Below, piece by piece: positions 59,786 to 64,000 of a DNA stretch of 64,000 nucleotides. Both the position numbers and the translations under genes were made by a program. Each line of letters opens with the position of its first letter. Positions within the stretch are counted from its first letter, which is position 1. The stretch spans positions 6,918 through 70,917 of the forward strand of contig JAFYPA010000051.1 of the NCBI GenBank assembly GCA_017560085.1, read 5' to 3'. Origin of the DNA: Clostridia bacterium (GTDB taxonomy: Bacteria > Bacillota > Clostridia > Oscillospirales > CAG-382). The notes beneath the pieces were generated by a model. That model had not been told where the DNA came from, ran no database searches, and was given only the letters and a program-made list of their open reading frames with translations.

Positions 59786-60967
59786 ATGAAACAGGTAAGA
59801 CTTGCGGTTGTAGGCCTCGGACAGAGAGGTATGGGACTTCTCGGAGGCGTAATTCTCGGTAACGAAAAGGCTGATGTTGTTGCGGTATGCGACATATATG
59901 AGGACAGAGTCAAGGAGGGTCAGGACAAGGTCAGGGAAATGAGAAACAAGGATGTCTTCGGCTCTGTTGACTATAAGGACGTAATTGTAAGAGAGGACGT
60001 CGATGTCGTAGCCGTGCTCTCCGCATGGGAATCCCACATTCCGATTGCACTTGCCGCAATGGAGGCAGGCAAGGATGTTGCAATGGAGGTAGGCGGAGCT
60101 TACACGGTTGAGCAGTGCTGGGATCTTGTAAACACAGCGGAAAGAACCGGCAGACAGGTAATGTTCCTTGAAAACTGCTGCTACGGCAGAAAGGAGCTCA
60201 CCATCCTCAATATGGTACAAAAGGGAGTATTTGGTGAAATCGTACACTGTGCGGGCGGATATATGCACGACCTCCGTGACGAAATAGCAGAGGGCAAGGA
60301 AAGAAGACACTACAGACTCCGTAACTACCTCAACCGTAACTGCGAAAACTACCCCACACACGAGCTCGGACCGATTGCAAGAGTACTCGGCATAAACAAG
60401 GGCAACAGAATGGTTTCCCTTACATCCACAGCATCAAAGGCGGCGGGACTTCATCAGTACATTCTCGAAAAGAAGGCTGACGACAAAGAGCTTGTAAATG
60501 CAAGCTTCGCTCAGGGCGATATAGTTACAACCGTAATCAAGTGCGCAGGCGGCGAAACAATCACGCTCCAGCTTGACACAACCCTTCCCAGAGCATACTG
60601 CAGAGGCTTCACCGTAAGAGGCACAAAGGGGATGTACGAGGAAGCAAACAACTCCGTATTCCTTGACGGCGGCGACCATTTCGCAAAGAAGTGGGATAAC
60701 CTCGGCGAATACGAAAACGAATATCTCCACCCCATCTGGAAGAAGTATCTTGACGACGGCGTAAAGGGCGGTCACGACGGCATGGACTGGCTCGAATTCG
60801 ACAGATTCTTCGATTGCGCTCTTGAGGGCAGACCCTACGAAATCGACGTATACGATGCCGCAAGCTGGATGGTAATTTCCGTGCTTTCCGAGAAGTCCAT
60901 CGCACTCGGAAGTATGCCTGTTGAGATTCCCGACTTTACTAAGGGTGAGTGGATTACAAGAAGATAA
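59786..60967 (+). CDS. Gfo/Idh/MocA protein, GH109 (alpha-N-acetylgalactosaminidase)-like
   Basis: VGLGQRG, AMEVGGA, LENCCY, YPTHELGP, DTTLPRAY, GGHDGMD (the GGHGG-type motif of GH109). Start MKQVRL. Confidence 0.8.
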   Translation: MKQVRLAVVGLGQRGMGLLGGVILGNEKADVVAVCDIYEDRVKEGQDKVREMRNKDVFGSVDYKDVIVREDVDVVAVLSAWESHIPIALAAMEAGKDVAMEVGGAYTVEQCWDLVNTAERTGRQVMFLENCCYGRKELTILNMVQKGVFGEIVHCAGGYMHDLRDEIAEGKERRHYRLRNYLNRNCENYPTHELGPIARVLGINKGNRMVSLTSTASKAAGLHQYILEKKADDKELVNASFAQGDIVTTVIKCAGGETITLQLDTTLPRAYCRGFTVRGTKGMYEEANNSVFLDGGDHFAKKWDNLGEYENEYLHPIWKKYLDDGVKGGHDGMDWLEFDRFFDCALEGRPYEIDVYDAASWMVISVLSEKSIALGSMPVEIPDFTKGEWITRR

Positions 60968-60986
60968 TCTGAACGCTTTGAATTTT

Positions 60987-61019
60987 TCCCGCACTGCTTT
61001 TTCGGTGCGGGATTTTTTT
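60987..61019 (+). terminator. Intrinsic terminator
   Basis: TCCCGCACT/GGTGCGGGA stem followed by a T-tract. Confidence 0.8.
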
Positions 61020-61153
61020 GTGAACAAAGGCTAAAAAATCATCGATTGATTTATAAAATGTGCAAAAGGGGTATTGACCGATTGTGGGATTGCTGATATT
61101 ATTATAATACCATAATTATGTAGTGCCGAAATGTCGGCAGAAAGGAAATTCTT

Positions 61154-64000
61154 ATGAATATCAAGAAAATTTTGGTTTCGCTCTTTGCGGGACTTGTCGG
61201 AGCATCTGTGCTCGGTATTTCGGCAATGGCTGAAAATATCGAAATCGGAACCGCCGACGACCTCAAGGCATATGCGGAAGCTGTAAACGGCGGTGCTGAT
61301 ACCTCCGATGACGTTGTTAAGCTGACAGCAAACATCGACCTCGGTAACGCAGAATGGACTCCTATCGGTAAGGTTGTAAGAAGCGGAAGCGGATACAAGA
61401 GCGGAAGCACACCCTTCGAAGGAAAGTTCGACGGTGGCGATTACACAATTTCAAACCTTTACATTTCCGTAGGTGCTGAAAATGATGGTATCGGACTTTT
61501 CGGCGGCATTGCAGATGGTGCGGAAATTAAAAACGTAAGACTTGAAGAGGTTGACATCAATACTCCCGCTTGCAGAACAACAGGTGGCCTTGTTGGCATT
61601 ATGGCAGGCGGTACTGTTGAAAATTGTGTGGTTTACGGCGATGTAACCGCAAAGTGCGCAGGTGGTATTGTCGGCAGAATGCTTGCCGATGGTACAGTAA
61701 AGAAGTGTATTAACTTTGCAACAGTAACTGCAACCGGTTCAGGTGATACGGGTGGCGGTATTGTCGGCAAGGCATACTACACAAAAGCAGGCAAGGAAAT
61801 GAATATTATCGAATGTACCAACAACGGTAACATTATCGGCGACGGTGCTTATGGTGTAGGCGGTATCGCGGGCTTCCTTACAGGTAATGCTACAGGCTGT
61901 AAAAACAACGGTGATGTTGTTTCCGACAGCGGCGAATCCGCAGGCGGTATTATCTCCGAGCACGGTATGTACGGTGAAGTAAGCAACAACACAAACAACG
62001 GTGATGTTATAATCGAAAGCGGTGCTGCCGCAGTAGGCGGTATCATCGGCTGGCTCAGATATACAGGCAACAGCACAGATTATGAGCGCAGCGAAAAGGT
62101 TGCTGTTATCAATAACGTAAACAACGGTAATATAAGCAGCATCACAACTGCAACAACAGCACAGGGCGTTGGTGGTATTGTTGGTACGGTTTACGGTATG
62201 GCTACAATCTCCGGAAACCAGAACAGAGCCGAATCCATCATCGGAAACACTCACGCGGCAGGTGTTGTCGGTTACGCAATCAATGCCGGCGAAACAACAC
62301 CCGCAGACATTCAGATTAACGAAAACACTTCTTCCACAGCGATTGAGAATATTTCCGCAGAAAACACCGCACTCTTCACATTCACAACTCACGCGGGCGT
62401 TACTGCTGAAAACAACAGCGTTTCCTTCGTTGCAGAGGTTGACGGTGAAAAGTACACAGCACTTTCTCTCGCTGTTGAAGATGCATCCGACAAGGCTGTT
62501 ATCACAATCCTTGACGATGTCATCCTCACCGAAACAGTAACAATCCCCGAAGGCAAGACCCTCACAATCGACCTTGCGGGCAACAGCATTTCGATGGCTG
62601 AAGACATCAAAACAACAACATACGCAATCGCAAACCTCGGCACTCTTACTCTCAAGGACTCTGAGGGTGAGGGCAGTGTAAGCTCAAGAGGTATCTACAA
62701 CGGCTACGACAACGGCACTATTTATCCCAATGCTGTTCTTACAGTTGAAAGCGGTACATACAACGCACTCGGAACAAACGGCGGTGCGGCAGTATTCAAC
62801 TACGGTACAGCATATATCAACGGCGGTGACTTCACATCTATTGGTGGCTATTCACTCAACAACCAGAGCGGTGCAAGCATGACTGTTGAAGATGGTATAA
62901 CTGCAAACAACGGTATATACAACAACGGTGCAAAGCTTACAGTTAACGGTGGCGAAATAACCGGTAACAGAAGCGGTTGCCACGTTATCTATGCATGGAA
63001 CGCAAATGTAACAATCAACGGCGGTGAGTTTTTCAATTACAACAGCGGAAACGCTACGGTTATGGTTGCAGGCTCTTCCAAGGCAGAAATCAACGGCGGT
63101 ACATTCGGTATCAAGGACGGCAGAGTTCCCGGCAACGGAAATACATGGACATCCTGCCTTCTCGACACAGTTAACACCGCAACTATGGTAATCAACGACG
63201 GTGAGTTCAACGGCGGTTTCCGTGTTCAGGCCGGTACAAAAGCAACAATAAACGGCGGTAGCTTCAACGATATCTACGGAAGCAAATACAACATTTACGG
63301 AACCGTAGAAGTCAAGGGCGGTATCTTTGAGGATGCTGCAGCAAGGACGTTTGCAGGAAAGTACCTTGCAGATGGCTACAAGACAACAACCTACTCCGAC
63401 GGAACATTCACAGTTATCGAAAGCAAGATAGACGGCAACACAACAATCAAAGTAGAGTTCGTAAAGGCTGACAAGGATGATGAAGGCAAGGACACAGACA
63501 GAAACGCAGACCTTTACAATATCAACCTCGTTGCTGATGCAGACAAGGTAATCAACCGTCTTAACTCCGCAGACCTCACATTTGCTCTTACACAGGTAAG
63601 CGACAACAATGAATTCGAGATTATCGCATCCAACAAGTATATCGTAATCAATCCCGTAAACAACAGCAAGACCAGATACGAATTCCACTTTGACGGCAAG
63701 GATAATGTGGAAGACACAGCAAGAATAATTACAATCGGTCAGGTTAAGATTACAGGCTACGGCAAATATTCCTTCGGTGTAGCAACGGCTGATACAAACG
63801 CAGTTCACGCAACAGAGGCTCTTGATAACATCGTTGATACATATACACCCGACGGTGATATCACCGCAGGAGAGGGCTACCTCAATATCGGTACAGGCAC
63901 AGGCACGGTTGAAATCTTCGCTCCCACACAGAAGCTCACAATCAACGTATCCTTCCCCAACTCTGTTGAAAACAACGCAGTAGGCTATCAGGATATGACA
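61154..64000 (+). CDS. Large secreted/surface protein with GLUG-type and beta-helical repeats (3' truncated)
   Basis: Absent from the ORF track because it has no stop in the window. Open frame from ATG 61154 (MNIKKILVSLFAGLVGASVLGISAMA signal peptide), then LTANIDL..WTPIG, FDGGDYTISNL, many GGIVG/N.G.V repeats and INGG-F repeats. Confidence 0.88.
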   Translation, partial: MNIKKILVSLFAGLVGASVLGISAMAENIEIGTADDLKAYAEAVNGGADTSDDVVKLTANIDLGNAEWTPIGKVVRSGSGYKSGSTPFEGKFDGGDYTISNLYISVGAENDGIGLFGGIADGAEIKNVRLEEVDINTPACRTTGGLVGIMAGGTVENCVVYGDVTAKCAGGIVGRMLADGTVKKCINFATVTATGSGDTGGGIVGKAYYTKAGKEMNIIECTNNGNIIGDGAYGVGGIAGFLTGNATGCKNNGDVVSDSGESAGGIISEHGMYGEVSNNTNNGDVIIESGAAAVGGIIGWLRYTGNSTDYERSEKVAVINNVNNGNISSITTATTAQGVGGIVGTVYGMATISGNQNRAESIIGNTHAAGVVGYAINAGETTPADIQINENTSSTAIENISAENTALFTFTTHAGVTAENNSVSFVAEVDGEKYTALSLAVEDASDKAVITILDDVILTETVTIPEGKTLTIDLAGNSISMAEDIKTTTYAIANLGTLTLKDSEGEGSVSSRGIYNGYDNGTIYPNAVLTVESGTYNALGTNGGAAVFNYGTAYINGGDFTSIGGYSLNNQSGASMTVEDGITANNGIYNNGAKLTVNGGEITGNRSGCHVIYAWNANVTINGGEFFNYNSGNATVMVAGSSKAEINGGTFGIKDGRVPGNGNTWTSCLLDTVNTATMVINDGEFNGGFRVQAGTKATINGGSFNDIYGSKYNIYGTVEVKGGIFEDAAARTFAGKYLADGYKTTTYSDGTFTVIESKIDGNTTIKVEFVKADKDDEGKDTDRNADLYNINLVADADKVINRLNSADLTFALTQVSDNNEFEIIASNKYIVINPVNNSKTRYEFHFDGKDNVEDTARIITIGQVKITGYGKYSFGVATADTNAVHATEALDNIVDTYTPDGDITAGEGYLNIGTGTGTVEIFAPTQKLTINVSFPNSVENNAVGYQDMT

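Overview
A 64-kb chromosomal window that looks like it comes from a spore-forming Clostridia-class (Oscillospirales-like) bacterium; this is inferred from spoIIR, addAB, thiT, rnj and the ylxR-L7Ae arrangement. About 47 kb is core genome: tRNA-Arg(CCT), secA, rnj, dnaD-like, yhaN-like ATPase, thiT with a TPP riboswitch, rimP-nusA-ylxR-L7Ae-infB-rbfA, murA, recA-recX, addBA, spoIIR, ispE, tatD and metG. An accessory amino-sugar/glycoside-type locus follows (nagA, lsrG-like, two AraC regulators, two MDR dehydrogenases, two Gfo/Idh/MocA proteins including a GH109-like one, AAC(3)-like, GH36), with a lysine-riboswitch-controlled NhaC-family transporter inside it. A large GLUG-type surface protein runs off the right end. 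I found no CRISPR array, integrase or transposase. The most unusual signals are non-coding: several families of hairpin/REP-like elements (GNA-loop mini-hairpins, heptamer tandem arrays, a perfect 34-bp inverted repeat, a covarying 38-bp repeat pair), a local origin-like strand-skew flip centred on a palindrome at 51654-51671, and a long structured RNA candidate upstream of rnj. NusA and IF2 carry large low-complexity insertions. All family calls come from motif recognition by eye and all base counts are hand counts; no database search was run.
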